Shown piece after piece: positions 37,741 through 50,300 of a stretch of 64,000 bases of DNA. Position numbers and translations under genes: made by a program. The stretch comes from Azolla caroliniana (taxonomy: Eukaryota > Plantae > Polypodiophyta): assembly GCA_043228905.1 (NCBI GenBank), contig JBHGNT010000011.1, positions 14,260,001 to 14,324,000 of the forward strand. The letters run 5' to 3'. Under the pieces are notes generated by a model, which saw only the letters and a program-made list of their open reading frames with translations, searched no databases and was not told where the DNA came from. The first letter of the stretch is position 1. Each line of letters opens with the position of its first letter.

Positions 37741-39835
37741 CAAGTTGTTCTCGGAAAATGTCATTCATTTCTTGTTGAAATGTAGCCGGAGCATTGGTCA
37801 AACCAAAAGGCATAACCAAAAACTCATAATGGCCGTAGCGCGTACGAAATGTTGTTTTAGGAACATCGTCCTCACTTATTCGTATTTGATGGTAGCCAGT
37901 ACGGAGATCAAGTTTCGTAAAATACCGAGCTCCCTGGAGACGGTCAATTAGATCGTCAGCCCGGGGCAATGGGTACGAATTCTTGATCGTCACTTTATTC
38001 AAGCGTCGGTAATTAATACACATACGCCATGTGCCCTCTTTCTTTTTAACCAAGAGAACTGGTGCACCCCATGGAGATTTACTATAACGTATATAACCCA
38101 TTCGTAAATAGTCCTTAAGTTGCTTAGCTACCTCATCCTCTTCAGATCGACTTAGGCGATACGGAGGTATACTAATGGGTGCAATGCCAGGTACAATATC
38201 TATACGATGGTCTATATTACGTTTAGGAGGTAAACCATCGGGTAGTTCACTCGGAAAAACATCACGAAAATCGTTTACGATTTCATCAAGTTGTTTTTGT
38301 TCAAAATATGTTAATTGACCCGAGACATTATCGATATTGTAAACGTGAATGTCCGGATCAAGTACACAATAAAATAACGTAGAACAAGACAACTCGGATA
38401 TTGATGGACACGAGGAAACAATCGAGAGGGATTGTTTTGTTACACATTGAATAAAATGCGTACAATCGTTGAGTACAAAAGAAATGGAATGGCGAACCCA
38501 ATCAATAAATAAAGAAGAGCTTTTATTATAAAACCAGGGATAACCCAGTATTACATCGGTGGTACTAAGATTCATTACATGGAAGTCTACTTCCTCTATA
38601 TAGGTATCAATAGAAATTCCTAAAGAATGAATCGCCCCATTGATGTGTTGTACTCTTCCATCAGCCAAGTGCACCGTGTAGGTGTGATCACTTACGGTGG
38701 GTTGGATTCCCCATATCTGTACCAAACGATCATTCACAAAATTGTGTGAGCTTCCCGAATCAAATAAAAATTGTACGGGAGATCCATTGATATACCCGTT
38801 TGCACGTAGTAAATCATTGGGACCCAATACATAATGAGGGAAAGAACATTGACAATTACTCAAATGATGTGTATAGACCTGAAGGACATTAGGAATCTGA
38901 CCTTTATGATCTGTAGCTTTAGGTTTGGCGTTGTGCTCTTTTCGTTGGAGCTTACGACATTGCTCTTTTGTATGACCCTTCTTTTTGCAGAATACGCAAA
39001 AAGGATGTTGTCGCTTATAATCGCGATCCATGAATTCGTTGGGTGTCTTGCGTTTCCCAACGAATTGCGACTGCTTAGTCCCGGGCGCTTCGTTGGGTTT
39101 GTTATGGTCCTTCTTCGAAGTGCGTTGATAGCGAAGAACTATCTCAACGGCCTCTTCGAAGGATTTTGGATCCTTATCGTGCACTATCCAGTGATAGTCC
39201 GAATTGGGGATGCCATTGACAAAACAAGCTATTAACCAATTGTCCCCTTCTAGACCCGATTTTTGGATTTGGGTTCTAGCATGGTGGACATAATCTTCTA
39301 GCGAGGAAAACTTCCTGCTAGAGAGGTTCATTAAAGCTTGTGCTGCCTCGGTTCGAGAGGGAGGTTGTAGAAATTGACCCTTGAAAACTGTGACAAAGTC
39401 TGTCCAGGTCTCGGGCAATCTCCCCAAAGTTCGGAGCCCACGCCACCAAGCGGCGGCCTTACCCCCTAGTTCTCGGCCGACATATGCAATCTTCGTACTA
39501 TCTGGCGTGGGATAGAACTCAAAATGAGACTCCCATCGGCCCAGCCACGTGCAGATTGCTTCTTCGGTTCTTTCCTTTTTATCTCCCGTAAATGGCTTTA
39601 CGACAAAGGATGGTTCACCCTGACGCTCATCAGGTCTATTAATCTCATTTTGGAGACTAATGACTCGTGCCTCGAGAGCACTTTGAGATTGCCGAAATTC
39701 GGTCAACTGCTGCGCGGTTGAACTAAGGAAATGTTGTACTTGTAAAATATACGCCTCAATGGACATTGTCCCAGGAGGATTTCCTTGAGGTCTTTCCGCT
39801 TGAGCGGAGGGCATCGGGTCGTTATTCTGAGCCAT
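37718..39835 (-). CDS. gag-pol: Gypsy gag-protease-RT N-half (frameshifted relative to the downstream pol)
   Basis: Likely ATG at 39835 (MAQNNDP); retrotransposon gag (LGGKAAAWW...[13 protein letters not shown]), zinc knuckle [14 protein letters not shown], protease [25 protein letters not shown]...[13 protein letters not shown]. Confidence 0.93.
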   Translation of the reverse strand: MAQNNDPMPSAQAERPQGNPPGTMSIEAYILQVQHFLSSTAQQLTEFRQSQSALEARVISLQNEINRPDERQGEPSFVVKPFTGDKKERTEEAICTWLGRWESHFEFYPTPDSTKIAYVGRELGGKAAAWWRGLRTLGRLPETWTDFVTVFKGQFLQPPSRTEAAQALMNLSSRKFSSLEDYVHHARTQIQKSGLEGDNWLIACFVNGIPNSDYHWIVHDKDPKSFEEAVEIVLRYQRTSKKDHNKPNEAPGTKQSQFVGKRKTPNEFMDRDYKRQHPFCVFCKKKGHTKEQCRKLQRKEHNAKPKATDHKGQIPNVLQVYTHHLSNCQCSFPHYVLGPNDLLRANGYINGSPVQFLFDSGSSHNFVNDRLVQIWGIQPTVSDHTYTVHLADGRVQHINGAIHSLGISIDTYIEEVDFHVMNLSTTDVILGYPWFYNKSSSLFIDWVRHSISFVLNDCTHFIQCVTKQSLSIVSSCPSISELSCSTLFYCVLDPDIHVYNIDNVSGQLTYFEQKQLDEIVNDFRDVFPSELPDGLPPKRNIDHRIDIVPGIAPISIPPYRLSRSEEDEVAKQLKDYLRMGYIRYSKSPWGAPVLLVKKKEGTWRMCINYRRLNKVTIKNSYPLPRADDLIDRLQGARYFTKLDLRTGYHQIRISEDDVPKTTFRTRYGHYEFLVMPFGLTNAPATFQQEMNDIFREQLENLSLSS

Positions 39836-41029
39836 TGAATGATTATTTCTGGCAAAGAAATAAGATAAGGTCAGACAAATAGTCATAACATCTTGTCGTG
39901 GTGTAAACATATCATGGGCAAACATTAATCGATATCATGATCTCACGTCAATACCCCTCTAGACGTATGAGATGAGGTTCAAGATCAGGTTACTATGGTA
40001 ACACAGAGGTGTTGTAAAAACCATGGGGGTGACAAATGAATGCCTTTCCCTGATCTCTATATCGATTTTTTTCATGGCGGCTCCCCGAGGCTCAACCATG
40101 TATGTTCGCGTCATGAATAGTTTATACACGAAAAAAATGTTAACAATAACTATGTTTCTGTGCCCACATATGTGGTTTCGGCTCTTTAAGTCCTATTACG
40201 AGGACCCCGAAGTGCACTTAGACCTAAAGTCTAAACATGTATTATAGTCATATGTATCAACGATGTTGTATGGTGTTGGTCATATTTGAACTCGAGACCT
40301 CGAGGACAAATACATTAAACACTTAAGCCAACCAAGTAGATTGCGCGTCTTGAATGTTTAATGTTTGAGGCGTATTCGAGATATGCGAGGCATTTGCCCC
40401 TATATGTTTTTTTTAAAAGAAACATATAGGTCAAGTGGCCTTATTTCTCCCTCATTTATTACCCACTATGGTTGTACGCTACCTACCCTCAAGCCTCGTA
40501 AGTACAATGGCATATGCCAAAGTGTAACCTAATGGTCAAGCCGAATGAGCCCTTGTGTCTTCGTAGGCTCATGTGGCCCATCACATGGTCACGTCATTAC
40601 GAATGGCGCTCGTAAGAACGAGCTCATGGTGGCATCGTATCCATGTAACGAGGGGAGATGTTGGATACGTGTGTCATTAGAGCGACCCTACTTGATGTGG
40701 ATCAAGCCCGACGTATTCAACATCATTTTGGCTATACTAGGTTCGTTACGTAACGAAAGATCAAAGTGACCAACGGGAATTTCAACAATAAAAATTGTTG
40801 ATAAAAGGGATGGTGACAACGCCATTCTCACAAAAATGTGAGGACGGCCACCAAAATCCTCTCCCCAATTAGGAAAACATTTGATATGAATCACGTAATC
40901 TAAAATATACACATATGTCAATATATCACATATATACGATCAGAGACGTATATAAGTGACCACATATGCGTATACTAAATGAATCGTTTTTTTTATATAG
41001 CCAACAATGATGTATTCGGGATACGTAAT

Positions 41030-41275
41030 CGAGGCATATACCTCTACGCACACGAAACATCTGAAAATAAGGTTAAGCGTAATTCGCAATTGAGGTATTG
41101 ACCTCTTACGCATAGTAAATCCAACGCATATCATTTCGAACGAAGCGAGGTATTGACCTCGTACGCGAACGTAACATATGTTCGTGAACGTAATACGCAA
41201 TTGAGGTAATAACCTCGTACGCATACGACACTCATCACATATGATTTATATGTCAAACGAGGTATTGACCTCGTG
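41030..41275. repeat. Array of five palindromic 14-bp repeats (GAGGT-N4-ACCTC) at 55-61-bp spacing in the retrotransposon leader
   Basis: Cores start at 41031 (gaggcatatacctc), 41092, 41147, 41203 (gaggtaataacctc), 41259; four of five are followed by (g/t)tacgc. Confidence 0.85.
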
Positions 41276-41519
41276 GACATATGTAAACGTTTAAGATAAC
41301 CAATTAAATACCACGTCAACATCATTGAATATATGAAAAAAAAACTACATATTAAGTATACACATGTATAGAAGGGAGAAGAAAAATTAGATAAAAAATT
41401 AAGGAAAATTTACCGAAGTTCTTTCGCTAATCCTTGTCTGCATGAAGGCGACCGCACAACGATCAATCGCCATCCCACGCGAAGACAAAAAGAAAACCAA
41501 AAGAAACGTTAGTACATAG

Positions 41520-41531
41520 GCTCTGATACCA
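41520..41531 (-). other. Primer-binding site complementary to initiator tRNA-Met
   Basis: TGGTATCAGAGC, 2 nt inside the 5' LTR. Confidence 0.95.
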
Positions 41532-41533
41532 AA

Positions 41534-41998
41534 TATTAGAGATTAGGTACTAAAGTAAGCATAAAATAAGGATATATCAATGATAGATCTAGAAAGAATA
41601 GAGAGAAAAGAGAGAAAGAAGGGTGCCGATCCACCCGACCACCCCCGAGCGAAGGGATCGAGACGGACTCGAGCCTCGATCGGCGTCCCATACCACCGCC
41701 TTGGCGTCGAGTCGTACCTGGACGATAGCGCGCTTGCTACAAGAGTCGTTCCACTCACGGACAGAGTCTCGACGTAGTCAATGCATGCCCCAATGAGGGT
41801 AGCTAGGCCTCTTATTTATAGTAATTCTCAAGGTCCCCAGCCATGTTCACACTTGGCCTCATGGGTTGTCTCAATCCCGAGGATTAAAAGTAATCCTCCC
41901 CTTCTTTAGACTCTTTGTTTAACCCTCACACTTATCCACGTGTATAGAATACTACGACAATTCTCACCACGGGATATTATATGGTCATGCCCGTAACA
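41534..41998 (-). repeat. 5' LTR of the chromovirus
   Basis: 465 bp, nearly identical to 34952-35416; adjacent to the PBS. Confidence 0.95.
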
Positions 41999-43499
41999 CA
42001 TAAGATCTATTGGGTGCATACCTTGGAACACACACAACTTCACGAGGATGGAGCAACACGTACATTGTTTGAACCAACCCTAGAAAGCAACAATAGTGTG
42101 CCATTTTATACAAGTATGTATTTGACGATATTTACAAGACTTCAACGTGATCACTCCACCCCCTCAATGGAAACCATACATGTCATTTTTCAATTCAAAC
42201 ATAGAAAGCATATGAGTCCTAGATGGCATTAAAACCAAAAAACACATATAGTTACCCCATTCAAAGGAAGCCATACATGCCATGCCATTCCCATTCAAAT
42301 GTAGAAAGCATATAGAGTCTCAAAGCATATATACCTAGAGAGCATGTAGGAATCGTTGGTGCCATTTCGAGCCAGAGCGCAACATGTACAAATAATTGGT
42401 GCCAAAGGGAGCCAAGCCTACCCAAAGACATTGTCTTAGCTATAGCATGCAATAAATTTGACTTGGTTAGGTCTTATGATATAGAATTGCAAGATTAAGA
42501 AAAGTGACATTTGTTTGTAGCTTTTATATGCAAGTGTTTATTGAGTGATCCTATGGCACTAATATTTTTTATTGTCAGGTGGTGTTTATGTAGTTATGTT
42601 GCTTCAATTGGTGCAAGCCACTTTGTTACATTTGCAAAGTTGAATACAAAGGTTGATGATGTACTCTTTGACATTGCAAAAGTAAGTCATATGCATAGTA
42701 GTGTGCTCATGGAATTCTATACATACATTCTTTATATTTTAGCAAAAGAGGGGGAACATAAAACAATTGTCACCTGAGAGATTGTATTATCATCTTCGAA
42801 GGTGAAATATGTATGACCTATAGGGCAAAACAATGCATTTTCTTTATTCGTGGGATGAGATGATCAATGACTATTTATGCTTAATGATTTGCTAATGAGC
42901 AAATCATGACATTTGAAACCAATTGCAGGAATTTATAAAAATGGTTTATCACTAGGGTTCAACCTAATGATAGATAGATAGAGATGATGATATTTTAATG
43001 TCATTGGAAGGCCAAAAATATGAACTGTGGGATCCAAAGAGAGCTTTATTCACCTCTACAAAAGGCTTATGAGGCAAAACATAGTATGTGCTATGTAAAA
43101 CATGTGTTCATGATGGAAATAAAATGTAGAGAGAGAGAGAGAGAGAGTTTTTGATTGATTGATTGATATAGGTATTTTAAACAATAAGAAAGCTTTAGGG
43201 TGGAGTGATTCGGCTAGACAAAACAAAGGGGCACATTAATTATTGATGATGGACCAAGATCACCACCAGAGGCGAAGTGTTGTGCTTAGAACTTCATGTC
43301 ATATATAGTCATAGAAACTACACTTAATGTAGTGTGATGGATCATGTTTGATCTGAAAATTGGTAGTTGATCATATCCTTACAACTCAAAATTATTCTTT
43401 GACAATGTTTGGAGAAAGAAAAAATTCCATATTCTTTGTAAAGGGCTTGAATAAAAGTTGCTAGATGTAAGAAAATGACCACTCAGATTGTATAAGAAA

Positions 43500-43790
43500 A
43501 TGAATTTTCAAATTAAACCGGAAGTGTTGGCAATTCTTTTGGGAATGCCCTGGCTTCCCACAATAGAAGCATGTGGGCCTCCCCCTCGACTTCGACCTCG
43601 TCCCCGACTTCTCCTGGTTATGGGGACTTCTGTTTTGGCCTCTTCCCCAGTTCATGTCACCTTTTGTGGCTAGGGCCTTCAGGTCGGAAATGGACTCTCT
43701 ATCCTTTCGGCAAGCTTCCTCGTTTAGTAAGCTCGACTCCACCTTCTCCAAGGATGGACTAGATATATTTGTTGAGAACTCAAGTTGAAT
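43500..43790 (-). mobile_element. Copia-type gag remnant
   Basis: SLEKVESSLLNEEACRK...RSKSRGRPTCFYCGKPGHSQKNC (CCHC knuckle) inside ORF 43461-43814; no LTRs identified. Confidence 0.75.
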
Positions 43791-44399
43791 CATGCTTTGG
43801 ATGATCACACTCATTGGAGAACATGTAGAAGTCCAACATCGTTACGATTATAAGGGAATATATATCATTCGTATTTGGTGTAGTATATATTACAAAATAT
43901 TTCACTCATTATACCAACATGACTTATTGGTTTGTGACTATACATGAGTACATATAGAATGTAGTATATAAACCAATCCTCGATGTAATTGTTGTTTGTT
44001 TAACCCCCACGTTCCTTAATATAATCTTGCCTTGTGCATACTCCCCCCCCTCTTTTGGCGAAAAAACACAATTATATTAATAAATGTGTGCGAAACACAT
44101 TACTTACAATGGGTGTCACAATGGAGTATGTTCACCCATTGGCCACTAACTATGTGAATGATTCTTCATAGAACATAGTTCTTTACAAAAATTCTTGAGA
44201 AATGTCAAGCTTGCACGATTGGAAAGCAACACCATAAAACTTTCTCGGGACAAGTAAGAGAGAGGAAAGTCTCCTATAAAGTTGGCACACACCAATGTCT
44301 ATTAAAAGATAATGGGTGGCTAATGGTACTTCGTCTTGATAGTGAATGACCGTAGTAAGATTATGCGTGTATTTATCATAGAGAAGGTTGAGTCCTTAA

Positions 44400-45000
44400 A
44401 AGGTTTCTGGATTGGATAAAATATGCTTGTTTCATACCGAAAGTATTCAAGGTGAAGGATCGTAATCAAGCTTATATGATGATGGAAATCAATTTAAAGC
44501 TTATGAACAGTGGGAGTAGAAGATCAGAGAGAAAATTTACCCAATGTAGTGGGAGTGTTGGCAAACCTCATACTGATTCCAAAGAAGAGACATTGGCAAG
44601 TTGGGATGCATACTTTAAGGTTCGTTAAATGTATGATCGAATTTGGCACCAAGATTAAGCAAGGAATGAATTTGGCCAAACATTGTGTCTTCAACTCGGC
44701 TAAATATTTTAAGAGCATGTGCTTCTAGATTTTGTTTCTATGTGGGTTCTAGACGAATTTCCTAAACTAACAAGAACAACTTAGTATCTCATTGCCTTCG
44801 GTGGAAGTGAAGTATAAGGCTAAGGTCGGTCCTCGCAAAAACCTTGATGTATTTGAGGAAAAGTTGACGCGGAAAGCATGGCACAACAAAAGTTACATTA
44901 CAATAGCAAAGAATTTGGGGGTATCATGGGAAAAGCTCAAGAACCAATACTATTTCACATGAAACTCATTTCAAATGAGATGGTAAAGTTGAGTAATTTC
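44400..45000 (+). mobile_element. Highly decayed Copia RT/RNase H remnant
   Basis: Weak motifs: PNVVGVL...PKKRHW...LR and SLPSVEVKYKA (cf. ALSTTEAEY). Confidence 0.4.
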
Positions 45001-46794
45001 CTACTTGTGCAAATCTCTGTATGGATGACCTTGGACCGGAGAATGTAGTTGGTAGGAGAAATGTGCCTTGAGGGAAAATGTTTGTTTGAACTTTGAACAA
45101 AGGTCATTGCTAACTACCATCCTAAAGATGGTCAACGAAAGGAGTGGTGCATTTAATGTAGTAGGTGGGTTTACCATTAGGGCAAATAAACTAGAGTTGT
45201 ATTTGTATTTGCTCATTTAAGAGCACATGAATTGGTATCAAACCGTTTTTATAATCTCTAATCTCGTTATGTTATGACGTTATGCTATTTCTATTAAACA
45301 TCTTTGTCTTCTCCATTGTTTAATCTTTTGAGAATATGGATGACAAGTAGAACTTACATCTAGTTTTCACCAAGTTTTGCTACTTCCCTAATTTGCATAA
45401 CCAAAATTGGGTTCTTTGTCGACACGGTCAAGATCTTAAATTCCATGTATATGTCACATATGGTTAATCTCAATGATTGATTTTACATCTCATGTTTTTT
45501 TTCAATATTTTGTGATTGTGTGTTGAAGCTTTATAGTTTGATACTCGCGTCCCTTCATTAACACTTTGCATAGAGACCTAAAATGAAAGCAAAAGAAACT
45601 TTACGCATACACTTTTGACTAGGATACCTTGACAATGTCGTTGAAAATTGTAATAGTAACTAAAGAAGCATAAAGACAATTTGTCATGTTGCAATGTCTC
45701 ACATTGAGATATGCATGCAGTCGTGGTACATTAAATGATGTCTCATGTTGATGTTAAAATTACTTTCAACTTCATTTTATACTTATGAAAAATGACTTTA
45801 TTTTGTTGAATCTTGGTAAGGAAGCTTTATTTTGTAAGATGTTGACTACTAAACAAATGATGCATTATTTACAAAGTTAAGAGACTCATCCCAATTACAT
45901 GGATGGTCGTCTTTGGCTCTTGCACAGATAAGTTGTTTGTAGATGCAAGAATTACCAAAATTCTTCCAATGGTGTTAGAAGTTTAAAAAGGAACCCCGAA
46001 GGTAGACAACAAGTTTTATACTAAGAATGTAGTTTCCAATTTCCATATCAAATAGATTGTAATTACAATTCCTCAAACGAACACTCTGAACTATTCATAA
46101 GAACTATATTGAATGTGAGAACAATATTACTAGATTTTTGGCTATTCAAATCTGCATAAGGTTTTACGACATTAAGAGGTTTGGTGGATAGATCTAATGT
46201 ACGTATGACATTAGTGTGTTTGGATAAAACTTATGACGTGTTTGTACGGGTAAAAAAATTACAGCAAAGGGCCATCCATACACTTATCCATATGCACATA
46301 TACTTGTCGAAATACACAAATTTCCTTGTCATCACTACAAAAGGGAAAAGGGGGTTAACCCATACAAGTGTGCTCACTCAACTCAAACCAAACCAAACCA
46401 CACTTATCACAATCTTGACTGCTATCTATAGTTCACCAAACAATGTTTTGTTGTTGACAAATCCCCAATTCATTCAATTTAAAGTTACCTTCATCTACTA
46501 CACTTCAGCCTTAAACAATAACCAAGAGTGTGTAGCAACATTTCAGACGCCAAAGGGCAATCTAGCTCGTCACATGAATATCCACCCAATTACTTTCTCA
46601 CGTAGACAATGATGGATAAGATCTTGTATGTCTCAGAACTTTGAGAAAGGTTCAGAATTTTCGAATTCCCCAAACACTTAACATCAGAGATGAATGCTTT
46701 TGGGTGACTTGCATTTATATACCGAATTTGTCAGGCGGCAAATTCTGAATACATACATAAGCAATAAAATTAAGTATATTGTACAATCCAAGCG

Positions 46795-47030
46795 ACATCA
46801 AACATCAAAGCATAATATTGAGTTAAATGTGTCAAACACCAAGCCATACCATAAAGATCAATGCAAATTTAAAGGGGCCAAACACCAAACCATACATAAC
46901 ATTAAGCTTGACGCAGAGTCAAAGGATTAAACACCAGACCATAAAATAAAGCCTGATGCAAAATCAAACTGTCAAACACCGAGTCATACCATAAACGTCA
47001 ATGCAAAGTGAAGGGATCAAATACCAAGTG
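46795..47030. repeat. Degenerate ~45-49-bp minisatellite, ~5 copies, downstream of GPDH
   Basis: aaa(c/t)acc cores near 46834, 46880, 46929, 46974, 47019, each followed by cata...ataa...gcaaa. Confidence 0.7.
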
Positions 47031-47159
47031 GTTCACAAGTTCACCTCTAACCAATTCATTGGTTATCGGTCTCGCAGACAAAATAATCAAATTCAATCTG
47101 GCATTTGAATGTTATATTTGGTCCTTTTTTGTACTCATTCATGAAAATAAGCATAATAG

Positions 47160-47164
47160 TAATG

Positions 47165-47196
<32 letters not shown>
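47160..47196. repeat. (AAT)n microsatellite
   Basis: Direct reading. Confidence 0.9.
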
Positions 47197-47197
<1 letters not shown>

Positions 47198-47380
47198 TAT
47201 GGCATGTTTTCCCTTATTATGGTTTTCAACGAAATGCCCATTACAGAGCCCTCTCTGCCTCTTTAGTAGATCCCTCTTCATATGCGTTCAACATAACTCT
47301 TTATCTCGTCCTCTTGCTCAGAAATATTTACACCCATTGGCAATAAGAACCCACCTTGTTCACACAAAACTTCTTTCCAT

Positions 47381-50300
47381 TTACTTCATCATCGACGCCA
47401 CCCGAGGGCTGCCAAGAAGCTGTGGCAAGTAGATGGCCTTGTCCTGAACAATTTCAATTCTCCTTCTTGGATCATACATATTCTCATCTCTTAAAGCTTC
47501 TAGAATGGCCTCTGCATCAGCTTCCCTGTTAAGCAAGAGAAGTGTAAATATGGACATGCATAGATATAGATATGCATGTATAAATGTATGTGTATGTGTA
47601 AGCACGTGCTAATATTAAACATGTACAACATATGTGGATGGTGGACGTGTATGTGTAGATGAACATGTGTGCAAAGGCATTGTGTGCAAATATGTACACG
47701 GATGTACAAGTGTAAGTGTATGTACCACATTGTATGCATAGATGAATGCATATACAGATGTATCCATGTGCATCTTTATATGTATTTATTAATTCATTAT
47801 GTATATGTACACGGATGTACAAGTGTAAGTGTATGTACCACATTGTATGCATAGATGCATGCATATACAGGCGTATCCATGTGCATCTCTATATGTATTT
47901 ATCAATTCATTATGTAGGGCATATATGCATGTGGATATGCTTGAGTATAGGTATATAGAGCATCGTCTATGGAAAGGGTTTTTATAATGCAAACCAAAAT
48001 AGATAGGTAGAAAAATCAAGGGACACCTTTTTATTAGAATTTTGTATAATGTTTGTAGGATCGGACAAAGCTCGATTGGAATAACCATCTTGTGAGCCTC
48101 AGGATGCATCACACTTGAGCTTGGTTGCCGAAGAAGCTCATAAAATGCCTCCACAGCTGAAACGCCCTAAAATCATCCAATAAATAAAGGCACAATTCAT
48201 TTATACTAAAAAGAAAGAGAAATAGCATAAATAAATTAATGAAATACAAATAAATACATAACAAATATAGACATAAATCCCAAATATAACAAATATTGAA
48301 GAGGAAAACACCAAAAAATGCCACTTACCTTGTTGGGTATTTATTTACCATTACATATATACACTTGCCAGGAAATTTTAGTGCAACACAGTAGAATTGT
48401 TTAGTTTTTTGAAATCCTAGGCATATTTTTGGTGTTTTGCACAATATTTAGAAGCACAAATAAATAAACTATTTCATGCAATATATGTGTTGGAATCTCT
48501 CCCTCTCATCCACACACACACACCTGAATCGTTCCCTTTCCTTGGAAACTATCACCCATGTCAGGATGAAGCTCTCCTTGGGCAACCTTTTGTCCATACC
48601 AAGCATTTCTTCCCTTCAGCAACGTAACATAGGTGTCGGCGAGAAGTGGACCAGCAAGCTTCTCGGGCTCCTCCGTCAGCAAATGAGTAATGAATATCAT
48701 CTCTGATGTGCAATGTGCAAAGTAAACTGATTTACTTGTCGCGCTCTCATTTGTGAGTGCCGCAACCATACCTTAACATAATAAACCAAGTCCAAAAACA
48801 AAAAATAAAACAAAGACGTTAGTTGTATACCTTTAGATTGCGCATAAACAACTCTCTCCAAGAACATCAGAAGTGGGAACATCAAAAAATAAACTAGCAT
48901 GTTAGTTGCATACTTTTTGTATGCACATAAGACCCTAAGACCTTAACAACTCTCTGAGAGACCAGAAACAATTCTCTCAGAACATCAAAAGCAGAAACGA
49001 ATATGTTAGTCATCCAGTGTGCAAACAAAGTGGAAGCATAGAAAATACAGTCATTCATGTATGGTGGAAACAACAAAAAGAGTCATTTACAGAGAAGATG
49101 CAGATTTTGAAGTCTTACACTCCAAATATATTCTGACTAATCAAATGATATTAAAAGAACATGTTTAGGCCCTAGGTTCAGGAACGCTCCAAATGCATCA
49201 TGTTTAATGAGAAGAAATATTAATGCATCTGTTCAGGTTGAAGCTCAAAAGGAAAAAGAAGAATTGGAACTAGAAAACAGAAAAAAGAATTTACTTTGCA
49301 AAAAATCTTAAAAATGATTCATTTTGCCATGCCTTACAACGTTCAGCTATAGACAAATATCACACCATGTTTCGTTTTCTTATATCATTAATATGATCAT
49401 TTCTTTCACAAGAAATTAATTGTTTTATTCCCACTCATCTATGTACATAACATTGTATAAAAGGCAGCATGAGGAGCTTATTATTTTCAATCATAACAGA
49501 TTACAGAAAATGCAAATAAACACAAGAAATTTCAAAGTTATCAATAAAAAATTGTTATTGTCATGTTCCTACTACAAAATAATGACAAACAGATTATTTA
49601 AAAATGAAAGAATAAAAATAGCAATACATAGATAAACCAAAATAACTTGTTTACCAGCACCAATGGCATAGACATTCTTGAGCCCTCCCATAACTTCATG
49701 TGTAACTAGGTCAGGATTTTCCCAAACCATAAACTGAGGTTGCCGAAGAAACATAGCCAATGGTTTTCCCCACTTTTCTGATCCACATATACGAGCGTTT
49801 GCATACTCCATATTGTATATCTCAGCAGCAATGTTCGGGCCACCCAGATATAGGATGTTTTCAACTGGAACATGAGCTGAAAATACATTGAAAAAATATG
49901 TTTTAAGAGGTTTATTATTCAAGTTTTACACTTGGTGAAATATGCATGAATAGGAGACTCCAAAGAAGAGTCATAAAGATATATAAATTGATTGAAGCTG
50001 GATATATTTTCGTTTGAAACATAGACGCATCAGGGTTTAGACTTATGGTTCTCTCATTTTGAATCATTTACGGTTTAAGAATCATTTGCATTAGTGATAA
50101 GGTTTATGGTATATGCACCTTGATTCATTTAAGGTTAAAACGACACTTGATCACCGTAGGATACAAAGATTAGGATTCAAGACTCTGGACATTAGGGTAC
50201 TTACCATCTTTAATCATCTTGGCTTTAAACAATACTTGCATTAATGTAGTTGGGTTTACTGCATATTTGGTCATTTAAGATTTAGAGGATACATTTATTT

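Larger units (their letters stand above)
34952..41998 (-). mobile_element. Full-length Ty3/Gypsy chromovirus LTR retrotransposon (7047 bp), recent insertion
   Basis: Two 465-bp LTRs with 3 substitutions by eye; 5-bp TSD CATAA (34947-34951 and 41999-42003); tRNA-iMet PBS TGGTATCAGAGC (minus, 41531-41520); PPT AAAGAGGGGGAGTA (35430-35417); domain order gag-PR-RT-RH-IN-chromodomain. Confidence 0.97.

Noticed and set aside
41030-41275. CRISPR array call for the palindromic repeat-spacer pattern
   Set aside because: Repeat core only 14-20 bp and variable, spacers partly related, no cas genes, and it lies inside a plant LTR retrotransposon; kept as a non-CRISPR finding.
47500-47958. His/Cys/Tyr-rich overlapping ORFs resembling metal-binding peptides
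   Set aside because: Translations of a purine/pyrimidine-alternating tandem repeat in a GPDH intron.
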